Positions 28,419 through 38,644 of a stretch of 64,000 nucleotides of DNA are shown one piece after another. Within the stretch, counting starts at the first letter, position 1. Each line of letters begins with the position of its first letter. A model generated the notes under the pieces. The model was not told where the DNA came from. It saw only the letters and a program-made list of their open reading frames with translations, and did not search any database. Location: NCBI GenBank assembly GCA_964414995.1, contig CAYPYY010000003.1, positions 26 through 64,025 of the forward strand, read 5' to 3'. The stretch is from an uncultured Gemmatimonas sp. (GTDB lineage Bacteria > Gemmatimonadota > Gemmatimonadetes > Gemmatimonadales > Gemmatimonadaceae). The translations under genes were made by a program, and so were the position numbers.

Positions 28419-30320
28419 GTGAACGGCGCGCCGCGAGCGCCTGAGCGCCCCGCCCCGGCTCCCGGGGGCGGGGCGCTTTCGCTTGTCCCACTCAGCGCCG
28501 CGCTCCCGCCGGCACTCACGCTCGCCGCACTCATCGTCGGTGGGCTGATGCACCTCGCAGTCGCCACGCAACCGTTCGCCACACCGCTGCACTTCGTCGC
28601 CCTCGTGCTGCTCGGAGCACCGGTGGCGCTGCGTACGCTGCGCGGAATGCTCCGCGGACAGTTCGCCGCGGATGTCGTGGCAATGCTGGCCATCGTGACG
28701 GCGATTGCGCTGCGCGAACCCGTGGCCGGGCTCGTCATCGTCTTGATGCAGACCGGCGGCGAACTGCTGGAGCGCTACGCGGAGGGACGGGCCTCCGATG
28801 CGGTGCGCGAACTCGAGGCCGCCGCCCCACGCATTGCCCATCGGCTGCGCGGCGAGTCGAGCGCAGACACCGAGGACGTCGCGGCCGAGGCCGTGCGCAT
28901 CGGCGACCGCATCCTCGTGCGGCCCGGCGAGATGGTGCCCTGCGACGCGCTGGTCCACGAAGGGTCGAGTTCGCTCGACACCTCCCGCGTCACCGGCGAG
29001 CCAATGCCCGAGCGGGTGACCCGCGGTGCCGCCGTGCGTTCGGGCGTGGTCAACCTGCAGAGCCCGCTCGTGCTCACCGTGACCGCGCCGGCTCGCGAGT
29101 CGCTCTACGCTCGCATCGTCGAGCTCGTGCGCACGGCACAATCCGAGAAGTCGCCCATCCAACGCATCGCCGATCGCTGGGCGGTGTGGTTCACGCCGCT
29201 CACGCTCGTGGCCTGCGCGGTGGCGTACTGGATCTCGCGCGATCCCACGCGGGTGTTGGCCGTGCTGGTCGTCGCCACGCCCTGTCCCCTGCTCCTGGCC
29301 ACGCCCGTGGCGGTGATTGGCGGCATCAATCGCGCGGCGCGCCGTCAGATCATCGTGCGCAGCGGCGCGGCGCTTGAACTCCTCGCCAGCGTCGACGCCG
29401 CCGTGTTCGACAAGACGGGCACGCTCACGATCGGGCGTCCCGAAGTGTCGTCCGTTGACGCCGAGACCGATGAGAAGGCCCGCGAGGCCCTGCGACTCGC
29501 GGCTGCGGTCGAGGTCGGCAGCGGACATCTTCTGGCGCGCAGCATCGTGGCCGCCGCACGGCAGCGTGGACTCGAGGTGCCGGAGGCCGAGCGCGTGGTC
29601 GAGACCGCCGGCCAGGGTGTGCAGGGGCGCGTCGAGGGACGCGAGGTCACCGTCGGATCGCTTGCGCTGGTGCGCACGCGGCATCCACAGGCCGCGAATG
29701 CACTCGAGCGACTGCACGGGAGCGCGAGCGGGCTCCGCGCCTACGTGGCAGCCGATGGCGAGGTACTCGGTACGATTGTCTTCGCCGACCGCGTCCGTGA
29801 CGATTTGCCCGCGATGTTCGCCCAGCTCCGCAACCTGGGGATCGGGCGCACGCTCTTGCTCTCCGGGGATCACACCGAGAACGTCGCGCCTGTCGCCCGC
29901 GCCGTCGGAATCGCCGAGGCGCGCGGAGATCTCCTCCCCGAGGACAAGGTCCGCGTCGTGAAGGAGCTCGAGTCCGCCGGCCAGCGTGTGCTGATGGTCG
30001 GCGATGGCACCAACGACGCACCCGCGCTTGCCGCGGCGACGGTCGGCGTCGCGCTCGCGTCACACGGAGGCGGCATCTCCGCCGAGGCAGCCGGCGTCGT
30101 CGTGCTCGCGGACGACGTCACCCGCGTGAGCGAAGTCGTCGCCATCGGCCAGCGCACGGTCCGCATCGCCAAACAAAGCATCGGCGCGGGACTCGCACTC
30201 TCGGGTGCCGCGATGGTAGTGGCCGCCGCCGGATACATCCCGCCGACGCTCGGTGCCCTCCTGCAGGAGGCGATCGACGTGGCCGTGATCGTGAACGCGC
30301 TGCGCGCCGCGCGCAGCTAG
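28419..30320 (+). CDS. Heavy-metal P1B-type ATPase, P1B-5-like
   Basis: TGEP, ATPCPLLLA, DKTGTLT, GDGTNDAP, QEAID in last TM; no N-terminal CxxC domain. Confidence 0.88.
   Translation: MNGAPRAPERPAPAPGGGALSLVPLSAALPPALTLAALIVGGLMHLAVATQPFATPLHFVALVLLGAPVALRTLRGMLRGQFAADVVAMLAIVTAIALREPVAGLVIVLMQTGGELLERYAEGRASDAVRELEAAAPRIAHRLRGESSADTEDVAAEAVRIGDRILVRPGEMVPCDALVHEGSSSLDTSRVTGEPMPERVTRGAAVRSGVVNLQSPLVLTVTAPARESLYARIVELVRTAQSEKSPIQRIADRWAVWFTPLTLVACAVAYWISRDPTRVLAVLVVATPCPLLLATPVAVIGGINRAARRQIIVRSGAALELLASVDAAVFDKTGTLTIGRPEVSSVDAETDEKAREALRLAAAVEVGSGHLLARSIVAAARQRGLEVPEAERVVETAGQGVQGRVEGREVTVGSLALVRTRHPQAANALERLHGSASGLRAYVAADGEVLGTIVFADRVRDDLPAMFAQLRNLGIGRTLLLSGDHTENVAPVARAVGIAEARGDLLPEDKVRVVKELESAGQRVLMVGDGTNDAPALAAATVGVALASHGGGISAEAAGVVVLADDVTRVSEVVAIGQRTVRIAKQSIGAGLALSGAAMVVAAAGYIPPTLGALLQEAIDVAVIVNALRAARS
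28444..28486 (+). terminator. Terminator-like hairpin after the small gene, inside the first codons of the ATPase ORF
   Basis: AGCGCCCCGCCCC...GGGGCGGGGCGCT followed by TTCGCTTGT. Confidence 0.55.
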
Positions 30321-30502
30321 CGGGACGGCCGTTCCCCGCTGCCGCTTTCGCGCGGCGGCGCGATGCCATCGTCGTGCAGGGCGCGCATCGCCGGCGTGGT
30401 AAGGTCGTCGAACTGCCCCGAGCGCGAACTCCACACGTAGGCGCCCACGAAGATCGCCACGAGCAGGATGGCCAGCGGTACGAGCACAAAGAGCACGCTC
30501 AC
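30317..30502 (-). CDS. ccoS: cbb3-type oxidase assembly protein CcoS
   Basis: MSVLFVLVPLA..W..RSGQFDDL.TPA.R.L.DD. Confidence 0.92.
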   Translation of the reverse strand: MSVLFVLVPLAILLVAIFVGAYVWSSRSGQFDDLTTPAMRALHDDGIAPPRESGSGERPSR

Positions 30503-32940
30503 AGCCGCTCCTTGGAGAAGGTCCGGGCCTGCCAGGTGCCGACGATGACCGTCACCGACGCCAGCGGCATCAGCACCGCGGCGAACAGCGGATCGATCAC
30601 ACCCATCATTGCCATCACGATGCTCACGGAGTTGTAGGCCAGCGCCACGAGAATATTGCGCTGGGTGACGGCGGTGGTGCGCCGCGCACCGTCGAGCAAC
30701 TCACGCAGCGACGCGATGCCTCCGCGCGCGAGGTACACGTCGGCCGCCGCCATCGCCGCTTCGGCGCCGCCACGCACGGCGATGCCCACCGTTGCGGCCG
30801 CGATCGCCGCGGCGTCGTTGACTCCGTCGCCGACCATCACGACCGCGCCCGCGGAGCGGGCGGCCTCCACGGCCTCGCGCTTTCGCTCGGGACTCGCGCC
30901 TCCTTCGATGCGCGATGCCGGAATGCCGAGCGCCTTCCCAACCGCGTGCACCACTGACGCGGTGTCGCCGCTCAGCAGACGCACGTCCCACCCCGCGCGT
31001 TCGAGGTCGCGCACCGCGTCCGCTGCCTCGGCACGCAGCGGATCCCCAAGGCCCGCACGCGCCACGAGCACGCCGTCCACGGTCACCAGCACGGGCGTGA
31101 GGCGCGCGTCGAGCGGCGCCCACTCCTTGAGCGCCCGCGCGTCGCGCGTCTGCACCAGCACCCACGCGGGGCGCCCCACGATCACGTGGCGCCCACGGAC
31201 CGTGCCCGTGAGCCCACCACCGAGCGTCTCCACGAAGCGGTCCGCTACGGGGGCTTCCTCGCCGCGCCACGCGTGCACGAACGCCGCCGCAATCGGATGC
31301 CTCGACTGCGACTCCAGCGCGAGGACCAGTGGCCGCACGTCGGCAGCGCCATCGAAGCGTTCGAGCAGCAGTCGCCCTTCGGTGAGCGTGCCGGTCTTGT
31401 CGAGGAATAGCGTGCCGCGCCCCGTCAGCGTCTCGAGTGCGTGTGCGCCCTTGATGAGGATCCCGCGTCCGGCGGCCCGACCAGTCGCCACGGTGAACGC
31501 CAGCGGCGTGGCGATCGCCAGCGCACAGGGACAGGTCACGACCAGCAGCGCAATCGCATTGTCGAGCGCGAGGAAATGATCGCGCTGCCACCAGAGCGCG
31601 GCGGTGACAACGGCGAGCGTGAGAATGACGGCGATGAAGTGGCCGGCGATCCGATCCGCGAGCATCACGGCCGGCGGCCGATGCCGCGCCCCGTCCTCGA
31701 CATCGCGCAGGAGGCGCCCGAGCCGGCTCATCATTCCAGCTTCCTCGACGCGCACGCGCAGCGGCGCCGAGAGGTTCACGGTGCCGGCAAACACGCGCTC
31801 GCCTTCGGCGACCCGCACCGGTCGCGACTCGCCGGTGAGGAGCGCCAGGTCCAACGACGACGCACCGCGCTCCACGGTGCCATCGGCGGCAAGCGTGTCG
31901 CCGGCGCGCACGTCGAGCAGCATCCCCGGCAGCACCGCCTCCGTGGGCACCTCACGCACCAATTCGCCCTCGACGATCCGGGCCGTCGCCGGCGCCAGCG
32001 CACCGAGCAGCGCCGCCGAGTCCGCCGCGCGCCGCTGGGCCCGATGCTGCAGGTAGCGCCCGACCAGGAGCAGGAAGATCAGCGTGCCGACGGCGTCAAA
32101 ATAGATCGGGCCGGCATCGCGCCAGGTGTTGATCGCGCCCTGCACGTAGCCCACCGCCAACGCCAGCGCGATAGGCACGTCCATATGCAGGCCGCGATTC
32201 TTGATCGCCTGCCAAGCGCTGGTGAAGAACACGCGACCGGGCCAGAGCAGTGCCGGCGTCGTCAACACGAGGCTCAGCCAGCGGAAGTAGCGCTCGAACT
32301 CACGCTCCATTCCGCCGAACATCCCGCTGTAGAGCGCAAGCGCGATGGTCATCACGTTGCCCGCAATCGCTCCGGCCACCCCGATGCGCGTGAGCATCGC
32401 GCGCTCCTCGGCACGACGCGCGTCGTCCGCGCGCTGGCCGCGGAAGGCGTGCGGACGATACCCGAGCTGGTCGAGCGCGCGCGCGAGTGCGCTCAGCGTC
32501 GTGGCGGCGGGATCCCACGCGAGCCGCGCGACACCGCGCGTGACATCCAGCTCGGCACGCACCGCGCCCGGCACAATCAGCGGCACGCGCTCGACCAGCC
32601 ACACGCAGCTCGCGCAATGCACGCCTTCGAGATACAGCTGCGTCTCGGCAAGGCCATCCGGGCCGACGCGCACGTGGGCGGCGTGGAACGCCTCGTGGTC
32701 GAACTCCGCGAAGCTGCGACCGCTCGCCTGCACACGCGCACTGCGCCGCTCCTCGAACGCGTAGAAGCCGCCGAGTCCGCTCTGACGAATGATGCTCGCC
32801 GCCGTCTCGCAGCCGGCACAGCAATAGACCTCGCCATCGTGCGTGCGCGCCTCGCCGACCGTGGCCTCGAGCCCACAGTGCGCGCAGGTGAGACGCTCGA
32901 CGGCGCCGATCGCGAGATCAGGGCTGATGCTGGTGCTCAT
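30499..32940 (-). CDS. ccoI: Cu-translocating P1B ATPase CcoI/FixI
   Basis: CAHCG..YCCAGC, HCASCVWLVE, TGES, TCPCAL, DKTGTLT, GDGVND, YN and MPLAS; cco operon context. Confidence 0.9.
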   Translation of the reverse strand: MSTSISPDLAIGAVERLTCAHCGLEATVGEARTHDGEVYCCAGCETAASIIRQSGLGGFYAFEERRSARVQASGRSFAEFDHEAFHAAHVRVGPDGLAETQLYLEGVHCASCVWLVERVPLIVPGAVRAELDVTRGVARLAWDPAATTLSALARALDQLGYRPHAFRGQRADDARRAEERAMLTRIGVAGAIAGNVMTIALALYSGMFGGMEREFERYFRWLSLVLTTPALLWPGRVFFTSAWQAIKNRGLHMDVPIALALAVGYVQGAINTWRDAGPIYFDAVGTLIFLLLVGRYLQHRAQRRAADSAALLGALAPATARIVEGELVREVPTEAVLPGMLLDVRAGDTLAADGTVERGASSLDLALLTGESRPVRVAEGERVFAGTVNLSAPLRVRVEEAGMMSRLGRLLRDVEDGARHRPPAVMLADRIAGHFIAVILTLAVVTAALWWQRDHFLALDNAIALLVVTCPCALAIATPLAFTVATGRAAGRGILIKGAHALETLTGRGTLFLDKTGTLTEGRLLLERFDGAADVRPLVLALESQSRHPIAAAFVHAWRGEEAPVADRFVETLGGGLTGTVRGRHVIVGRPAWVLVQTRDARALKEWAPLDARLTPVLVTVDGVLVARAGLGDPLRAEAADAVRDLERAGWDVRLLSGDTASVVHAVGKALGIPASRIEGGASPERKREAVEAARSAGAVVMVGDGVNDAAAIAAATVGIAVRGGAEAAMAAADVYLARGGIASLRELLDGARRTTAVTQRNILVALAYNSVSIVMAMMGVIDPLFAAVLMPLASVTVIVGTWQARTFSKERL

Positions 32941-33631
32941 TGCTCGCGAGCGGTTGCACGGTCGGCGCGTGGAAGCGTCCGGCCACGGTGAAGATGCCGA
33001 GCACCACGAGCACGGCGGCGGTGAGCAGCGGTAGCCGTCGGCGGAACGGGCCGAGCAGTCGCTGTGCGCCGAGTCCGACGGCCATCATCATCGGCACGGT
33101 GCCGAACCAGAACGCCGCCATCACGGCGGCCCCCGCCAACGCACCGCCCGCCGCTGCCGACGTGGCGACGAATGCGTAGAGCCAGCCGCAGGGGAGTGCC
33201 GCCGACAGCGCACCGATGGTCAGCCCGCGCACGACCGGCGGGCGCTCCTGCACCGCGCGCACGGCGCGCGCCACGCGCGCCGCGAGCGCGGGCGGCACGT
33301 CGAGGGCCGGCACACGCACGCCGAGCGCCGCCACCAGCGACGCGAGTCCCCACAGGATGAGCAACACTCCGGCGAGGACGGCCGCCGGCCGCGCCAGTCC
33401 GGCCACGCTGCCGGCGCGATCCAGCCCGGCACCGGCGGCGCCGGCCATCGCACCAAGCACGACGTACGACGCGAAGCGGCCCACGTTGTAGCTCGCGCTC
33501 GACTTGAGCGCCACCGACCCGCGCGACGCATCCCCGCCCGACGCAAGACAGGCGAACGGCCCGCACATCCCCGCGCAGTGCGCACTGCCGAGGAGTCCGG
33601 CCACGAACACGGAGCCCGCGAGCGCGATCAC
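32918..33631 (-). CDS. TauE/DsbD_2-like membrane protein of cco clusters
   Basis: GSAHCAGMCGP, YNVGR..SY, LPCGWLY, M.AFWFGTVP. Confidence 0.87.
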   Translation of the reverse strand: MIALAGSVFVAGLLGSAHCAGMCGPFACLASGGDASRGSVALKSSASYNVGRFASYVVLGAMAGAAGAGLDRAGSVAGLARPAAVLAGVLLILWGLASLVAALGVRVPALDVPPALAARVARAVRAVQERPPVVRGLTIGALSAALPCGWLYAFVATSAAAGGALAGAAVMAAFWFGTVPMMMAVGLGAQRLLGPFRRRLPLLTAAVLVVLGIFTVAGRFHAPTVQPLASNEHQHQP

Positions 33632-34101
33632 GGCGCCTCGGCGTGCAACGTGCGGGCGAAGCGCTGCTCGCCGCGCCGCGCCTCGACGCGAATCTCCCAG
33701 CGACCTACGGCCGGCGCCGAGAGCTGTCGCGCGTAGCGACCCGCCTCGCGTTCGAGCAGATGCCCCTCGATGTGTGTGCCGGCCGCCAGGTTGTGAATCA
33801 GCGTCACCACCACGTCAGCGCCCGTTAGCGCTTGCCCGTCGGCGTCCGTGAGCGAGATCGCGACTTCACGTCCGTCGCGCGTGGCCGCACCGATTCTCGC
33901 CTGCGCCGTCCAGCCGAGCTCGGCGCTCGCGGCCTGGCGCGCCATCGCGCGATCCCATTCCACGGCCTTGCGATAGTAGTCGGGCTCCGTGACCGTGCCG
34001 TTCGGATCCGCCTTCGCGGCAAACAGCATCACCACGTTCACGCCGACGGTGAACGCCAACGCCGCCACGATCAGCAGGGGCCACTGCCATCCGCGTTTCA
34101 T
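33628..34101 (-). CDS. ccoH: FixH/CcoH family protein
   Basis: WP + TM helix, EPDYY.KA..W, G.Y, G.W; between ccoG and ccoI. Confidence 0.8.
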   Translation of the reverse strand: MKRGWQWPLLIVAALAFTVGVNVVMLFAAKADPNGTVTEPDYYRKAVEWDRAMARQAASAELGWTAQARIGAATRDGREVAISLTDADGQALTGADVVVTLIHNLAAGTHIEGHLLEREAGRYARQLSAPAVGRWEIRVEARRGEQRFARTLHAEAP

Positions 34102-35504
34102 CTCGACTCCGGAGTCTTGAGGTCACTGGACCGCGGGCCAGGGAGCCGCCACGCGTACTCGCGTTCGAAGGCGTCGCCGTCGGCAATGCGGAAACGGACG
34201 CGACGCTCGCCGTTCGTGAAGCGCGCGGGCTCCTGCACGATGAACACGCTCGTCGTCACCGTGGCGCCGGCGGAGACGCGCAGCGGATTCTCCGGGGCGA
34301 TGAGGCGCGCGCCTGGCTCGTCGAGGTACGCAATCGTGTAGCGCTGATCCGCGCCGGTGCGATTGGCCACCTTGATGCGCACCTGGTTCACCACCGCGCC
34401 GTCGGCTTCTCGGGTGAACGGTGCGCCCACGGGACCGAGCAGCGTGACGTCAGCCGCGGAGCGCGTCGCCAGCGTCACCAGGAAGGCGCCGAAGAACAGC
34501 ACGAAGGCCAGCGGATAGAGCACCGTGCGCGCGCGCAGGAAGCGGGGCACCGCGCCCGCCAGCCGATCCTGCGAGCTGTATCCGATCAGTCCGGTCGGTT
34601 TGCCCACCTTCACCATTATGTCGTCGCAGGCATCCGCACACTGCGTGCAGTGGATGCACTCCATCTGCAGGCCGTCGCGAATGTCGATGCCCGTGGGGCA
34701 GGTCGTCACGCAGGCGTTGCAGGCCACGCAGTCCCCGAGCCCCGCGCGCGCTCCGACGGCCTTGCCGCGAGGCTCGCCGCGCGACTTGTCGTACGCCACG
34801 ATCAGCGAATTGCGGTCGAGCAACGCAGACTGGACGCGCCCGTACGGACAGGCCACCAGACAGGTCTGCTCCCGGAACCACGTGAAGTCGAGGAACACGC
34901 CGAGCGAGGTCACCGCCATCACGAGGAACGGCGTCGGATGCTCGAAGGGCGACTGCGTCACCCAGAGTCGGAGCGCGTCGGTTCCGACGAAGTACGCGAG
35001 GAAGGTGTTGCCCAGCACGACGGCGAGCACTGCATAGATGCCGTACTTGAGCAGGCGACGCGGGGCGAAGTGCCTGCGCTCACGGTCGAGTTTCCGCGAA
35101 CCCGTGTACCCGCCTTCGACCAGTCGCTCGATCGGCCGGAACAGAAACTCCATCCACACCGTCTGCGGACAGGCCCAGCCGCACCACACGCGGCCAAAGA
35201 GCGCAGTCAGCAGGAAGATCCCGACCATTGTGCTCACGAACAGCAGCATCAGGAGCAGGGTGTCGGTGGGCAGGAATGTCGTGCCGAAGAACGTGAACTC
35301 GCGTCGAGGCAGGTCGAGCTGCATCCACGGCTTGTCGTTGAGTCGCAGGTGCGGAATGGCGAGGTAGAGCGCCATCAGGCCGTACGCCACCGCGCGGCGC
35401 CGGATGAGCCACTTGCCCGAGGAGGGCTTGGGGCGAATCCAGCGTCGCGATCCGTCCTCGTTGAGGGTCGCGAGGACGCGGCCGGTGGCCGTCGGGGCGG
35501 TCAC
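34098..35504 (-). CDS. ccoG: Cytochrome c oxidase accessory protein CcoG
   Basis: GRVWCGWACPQTV, REQTC..ACPYGR, DCVACNACVTTCPTGIDIRDGLQMECIHCTQCADAC; GTG start overlaps ccoP stop. Confidence 0.93.
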   Translation of the reverse strand: MTAPTATGRVLATLNEDGSRRWIRPKPSSGKWLIRRRAVAYGLMALYLAIPHLRLNDKPWMQLDLPRREFTFFGTTFLPTDTLLLMLLFVSTMVGIFLLTALFGRVWCGWACPQTVWMEFLFRPIERLVEGGYTGSRKLDRERRHFAPRRLLKYGIYAVLAVVLGNTFLAYFVGTDALRLWVTQSPFEHPTPFLVMAVTSLGVFLDFTWFREQTCLVACPYGRVQSALLDRNSLIVAYDKSRGEPRGKAVGARAGLGDCVACNACVTTCPTGIDIRDGLQMECIHCTQCADACDDIMVKVGKPTGLIGYSSQDRLAGAVPRFLRARTVLYPLAFVLFFGAFLVTLATRSAADVTLLGPVGAPFTREADGAVVNQVRIKVANRTGADQRYTIAYLDEPGARLIAPENPLRVSAGATVTTSVFIVQEPARFTNGERRVRFRIADGDAFEREYAWRLPGPRSSDLKTPESR

Positions 35505-36094
35505 GGCCCGGTGGGCCCCGCGGGTGGGGCGTCGGCCGAGGTGCCTTCGGCGGCCTTCGCGTTCGGCGGGTTCGTGCCGTGCAGTGACAGCACATACGCG
35601 GTCACCGCATTCACCTGGTCCGGCTTGAGGATGCGATCCCACGCCGGCATTCCCTTGGCCAGGACGCCCTGCGCAATCGTCAAGTGAATCTGCGCCGGCG
35701 TGCCGCCGTGGATCCACGCGTTGTCGGTGAGGTTCGGACCAATCACGCCGCCACCGTCCGCGCGATGGCACACCGCGCAGTTCGTCTCGTACACGGCCTT
35801 GCCGGCCGCCAGCTGCGCGGGATCCGCCGCCGCGCGGCGCAGGTCGTCGTCGCTCACGGCCGGCCCGCTCGGCGCCGGTTGCGAGGCCTGATGCTTCGCG
35901 ACCTCAGCCTCGTACTCAGCCACACTCCCCGGCCCTTCGCCGAACGGAAGCGGCAGAAAGTAGTACGCGACCGAAAACGCGACCGTCGCGTACAGGATCC
36001 AGAGCCACCACTTCGGCAGCGGATTGTCGTACTCCTTGATCCCGTCGTACTCGTGGTCCAGGAGATGATCTGCGCCCGGCTTCTGCTCACTCAT
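35501..36094 (-). CDS. ccoP: cbb3-type oxidase subunit III, monoheme
   Basis: DHEYDGIKEYDNPLPKWW, single CAVCH, GPNLTD..WIHGG, MPAW. Confidence 0.92.
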   Translation of the reverse strand: MSEQKPGADHLLDHEYDGIKEYDNPLPKWWLWILYATVAFSVAYYFLPLPFGEGPGSVAEYEAEVAKHQASQPAPSGPAVSDDDLRRAAADPAQLAAGKAVYETNCAVCHRADGGGVIGPNLTDNAWIHGGTPAQIHLTIAQGVLAKGMPAWDRILKPDQVNAVTAYVLSLHGTNPPNAKAAEGTSADAPPAGPTGP

Positions 36095-36287
36095 TGTCGC
36101 TCCCGGCCCCAACGGGCCGCGCCGCATCATCGTCGAAGGGAAGCCGCGAGGCACGTGCCATCCGATCGGCACTCCCCGGGGCAAGGATCATCAACACGAC
36201 CGTGAGGAACGCGGCGACGAACAGCACCAGCGCCACGATCGCGTACATCGAGAGCCCGGAGGCACTCATCACGTCCACGAGCTTCAC
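36087..36287 (-). CDS. ccoQ: cbb3-type oxidase subunit CcoQ
   Basis: 66 aa, one TM then ASRLPFDDD; GTG overlaps ccoNO stop. Confidence 0.8.
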   Translation of the reverse strand: MKLVDVMSASGLSMYAIVALVLFVAAFLTVVLMILAPGSADRMARASRLPFDDDAARPVGAGSDNE

Positions 36288-38482
36288 GGGGCACCTCCGC
36301 CGCTGCGTTGTGCGGCCATCGCGTCGACGGCCTGAATGTCCTTGCCGAGGCGCTGCAGGTACGCGATCAAGGCCACGACCTCGCGATCCCCGAGACCCGC
36401 TGGGCCGCCATCGGCCTCGATGCGCGCCCCGATCTGCGTGGCCTGCTCCCGCGCGAGCGCGGGGGCGTTGCGCACCGCGTCGCCGTACGGCACGCCGAGC
36501 ATCACCATCGCATCCACGCGCGCCTGGATGCCGTCGAAGTCGAGCGGACGTGTCGTCAGGTGCTTGTAGACCGGCATAATCGAGTTCGCGACGATCGCCT
36601 TCGGCTCCTGGAAGTGCAGCACGTGCCAGAGGTCCGTGCGCCGCCCGCCCTCGCGCGCGAGGTCGGGACCGATGCGCCGCGAGCCCCAGAGGAAGGGATG
36701 GTCGTAGACGAACTCGCCGGGCTTGGAGTACTCGCCCCAGCGCTCCGTCTCGTGGCGCAACGGCCGCACCATCTGCGAGTGGCAGTTGAAGCAGCCCTCG
36801 CGGATGTAGAGATCGCGGCCGGCGAGTTCCAGCGGCGTGTACGGCTTCACGCTGGCGATCGTCGGCACGTTGGAGCGGATCAGGAACGTCGGGATGATCT
36901 CCGCCAGCGATGCCACGACCACCGCGAGGATCGTCATCACGGTGAAGAGCAGCGGCAGGCCTTCCCAGCGCCGGTGCCAGCGCACGCCGGTGAACCGCGT
37001 CCACAGGCCCGCGAGCTCCGGCGACCCCTCGCGCGGATATTCCTTCGCCAGCGGCGGCGCCGAGACCACCGGCACCTCATACGTGGCCGGCCGCGCCTGC
37101 CAGGTCTTCACGATGTTGTAGAGGAAGATCACCGTGCCGATGATGTAGAGCGTGCCGCCCACCACGCGCACCCAGTACATCGGCAGCAGCTTCACCACCG
37201 TCTCCACGAAATCGGGATACGCCAGGCGCCCCGTCTCGTCGAACGCGCGCCACATCAGGCCCTGCGTGATGCCGGCCGAGTAGATGCTCGCGACGTAGAG
37301 CAGGATGCCGAAGGTCGCGATCCAGAAGTGCAGCTCGGCGAGCTTCTTGGAGTGCAGCGGCGCCTGGAACAGCCGCGGCGCCAGCCAGTAGATCATTCCG
37401 AACGTGAGCAGGCCGTTCCAGCCCAGTGCACCGGTGTGGACGTGCGCGATGATCCAGTCGGTATAGTGGGCGAGCGCGTTCACGCTCTTCACCGAGAGCA
37501 TCGGGCCCTCGAAGGTGCTCATTCCGTACGCCGTGATCGCCACGACGAAGAACTTGAGCACCGGCTCCTCGGTCACCTTGTTCCAGGCGCCGCGCAGGGT
37601 GAGGAGGCCGTTCACCATTCCGCCCCAGCTCGGCATCCACAGCATCACCGAGAACAGCATCCCGAGCGTGGATGCCCAGTCGGGCAGCGCGGTGTAGTGC
37701 AGGTGGTGCGGTCCCGCCCAGATGTACAGGAAGACCAGCGACCAGAAGTGCAGGATCGACAGCTTGTACGAGAACACCGGCCGATCCGCCGCCTTCGGCA
37801 TAAAGTAGTACATCAGGCCGAGGAAGGGCGTCGTGAGGAAAAACGCCACCGCGTTGTGCCCGTACCACCACTGCATAAACGCGTCCTGCACGCCCGCGTA
37901 GAGCGAGTAGCTCTTTAGCCAGCCGGCCGGCACGCTCAGGTTGTTGAAGATGTGCAGGATCGCGACCGTGACGATGGACGCGATATAGAACCAGATCGCC
38001 ACGTAGATGTGGCGCTCGCGCCGCTTCGCGATGGTGCCGAAGAAGTTGATCGCGAACGCCACCCAGACCACCGCGATGGCGATGTCAATCGGCCACTCGA
38101 GCTCGGCGTACTCCTTGGCCTGCGTGAAGCCCAGCGGCAGCGTCAGTGCCGCGGCGACGATGATGGCCTGCCAGCCCCAGAAGTGAAAGTTGCTCAGGCG
38201 GTCCGAGAACATCCGAGCCTTGAGCAATCGCTGGGTGCTGTAGTAGGCCCCGGTGAAGATCGCGTTGCCCGCGAACGCGAAGATCACGGCGTTCGTGTGC
38301 AACGGCCGGAGTCGGCCAAACGACAGCCACGAGACGTCGAAGTTGAACCAGGGGTTCGCCAACTGCAGGGCGATCAGCAGGCCGACGGTAAAGCCGACCA
38401 GCCCCCAGATGATGGTCGCCCACATAAACTTGCGGACGATTGCGTCGTCGTACGAGAAGGTCTCTACGTGCGTGCTCATCAC
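36284..38482 (-). CDS. ccoN: Fused cbb3-type oxidase subunits I/II (CcoNO)
   Basis: FGRLRPLHTNAVIFAF, WWYGHNAV, WAGPHHLH, HVHTGALGW, then EGCFNCHSQMVRP, WGSRRIGPDLAR in one frame; start 38482 (GTG) or 38479 (ATG). Confidence 0.96.
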   Translation of the reverse strand: MMSTHVETFSYDDAIVRKFMWATIIWGLVGFTVGLLIALQLANPWFNFDVSWLSFGRLRPLHTNAVIFAFAGNAIFTGAYYSTQRLLKARMFSDRLSNFHFWGWQAIIVAAALTLPLGFTQAKEYAELEWPIDIAIAVVWVAFAINFFGTIAKRRERHIYVAIWFYIASIVTVAILHIFNNLSVPAGWLKSYSLYAGVQDAFMQWWYGHNAVAFFLTTPFLGLMYYFMPKAADRPVFSYKLSILHFWSLVFLYIWAGPHHLHYTALPDWASTLGMLFSVMLWMPSWGGMVNGLLTLRGAWNKVTEEPVLKFFVVAITAYGMSTFEGPMLSVKSVNALAHYTDWIIAHVHTGALGWNGLLTFGMIYWLAPRLFQAPLHSKKLAELHFWIATFGILLYVASIYSAGITQGLMWRAFDETGRLAYPDFVETVVKLLPMYWVRVVGGTLYIIGTVIFLYNIVKTWQARPATYEVPVVSAPPLAKEYPREGSPELAGLWTRFTGVRWHRRWEGLPLLFTVMTILAVVVASLAEIIPTFLIRSNVPTIASVKPYTPLELAGRDLYIREGCFNCHSQMVRPLRHETERWGEYSKPGEFVYDHPFLWGSRRIGPDLAREGGRRTDLWHVLHFQEPKAIVANSIMPVYKHLTTRPLDFDGIQARVDAMVMLGVPYGDAVRNAPALAREQATQIGARIEADGGPAGLGDREVVALIAYLQRLGKDIQAVDAMAAQRSGGGAP

Positions 38483-38587
38483 CGGCTCCGGCGGGATGGG
38501 GGGAAATGCAGCGCCGCACGGCTGTGGGGCCGCGCGTGGTGGTCTGCCGCCGGATACAATGGCCCAGATTGCCGCGACCCGTCAGTC

Positions 38588-38644
38588 AGTTCCTTAATGG
38601 AAGGCCCGTAAGGAACTTCCCCGCCATCCCGTAGGGGTTTCCCC
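38588..38644. promoter_or_regulatory. Putative operator array upstream of ccoNO
   Basis: Perfect 9-bp inverted repeat AGTTCCTTA/TAAGGAACT plus imperfect direct repeat CCCGTA(A)GG..TTCCCC at 38605 and 38628. Confidence 0.5.
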
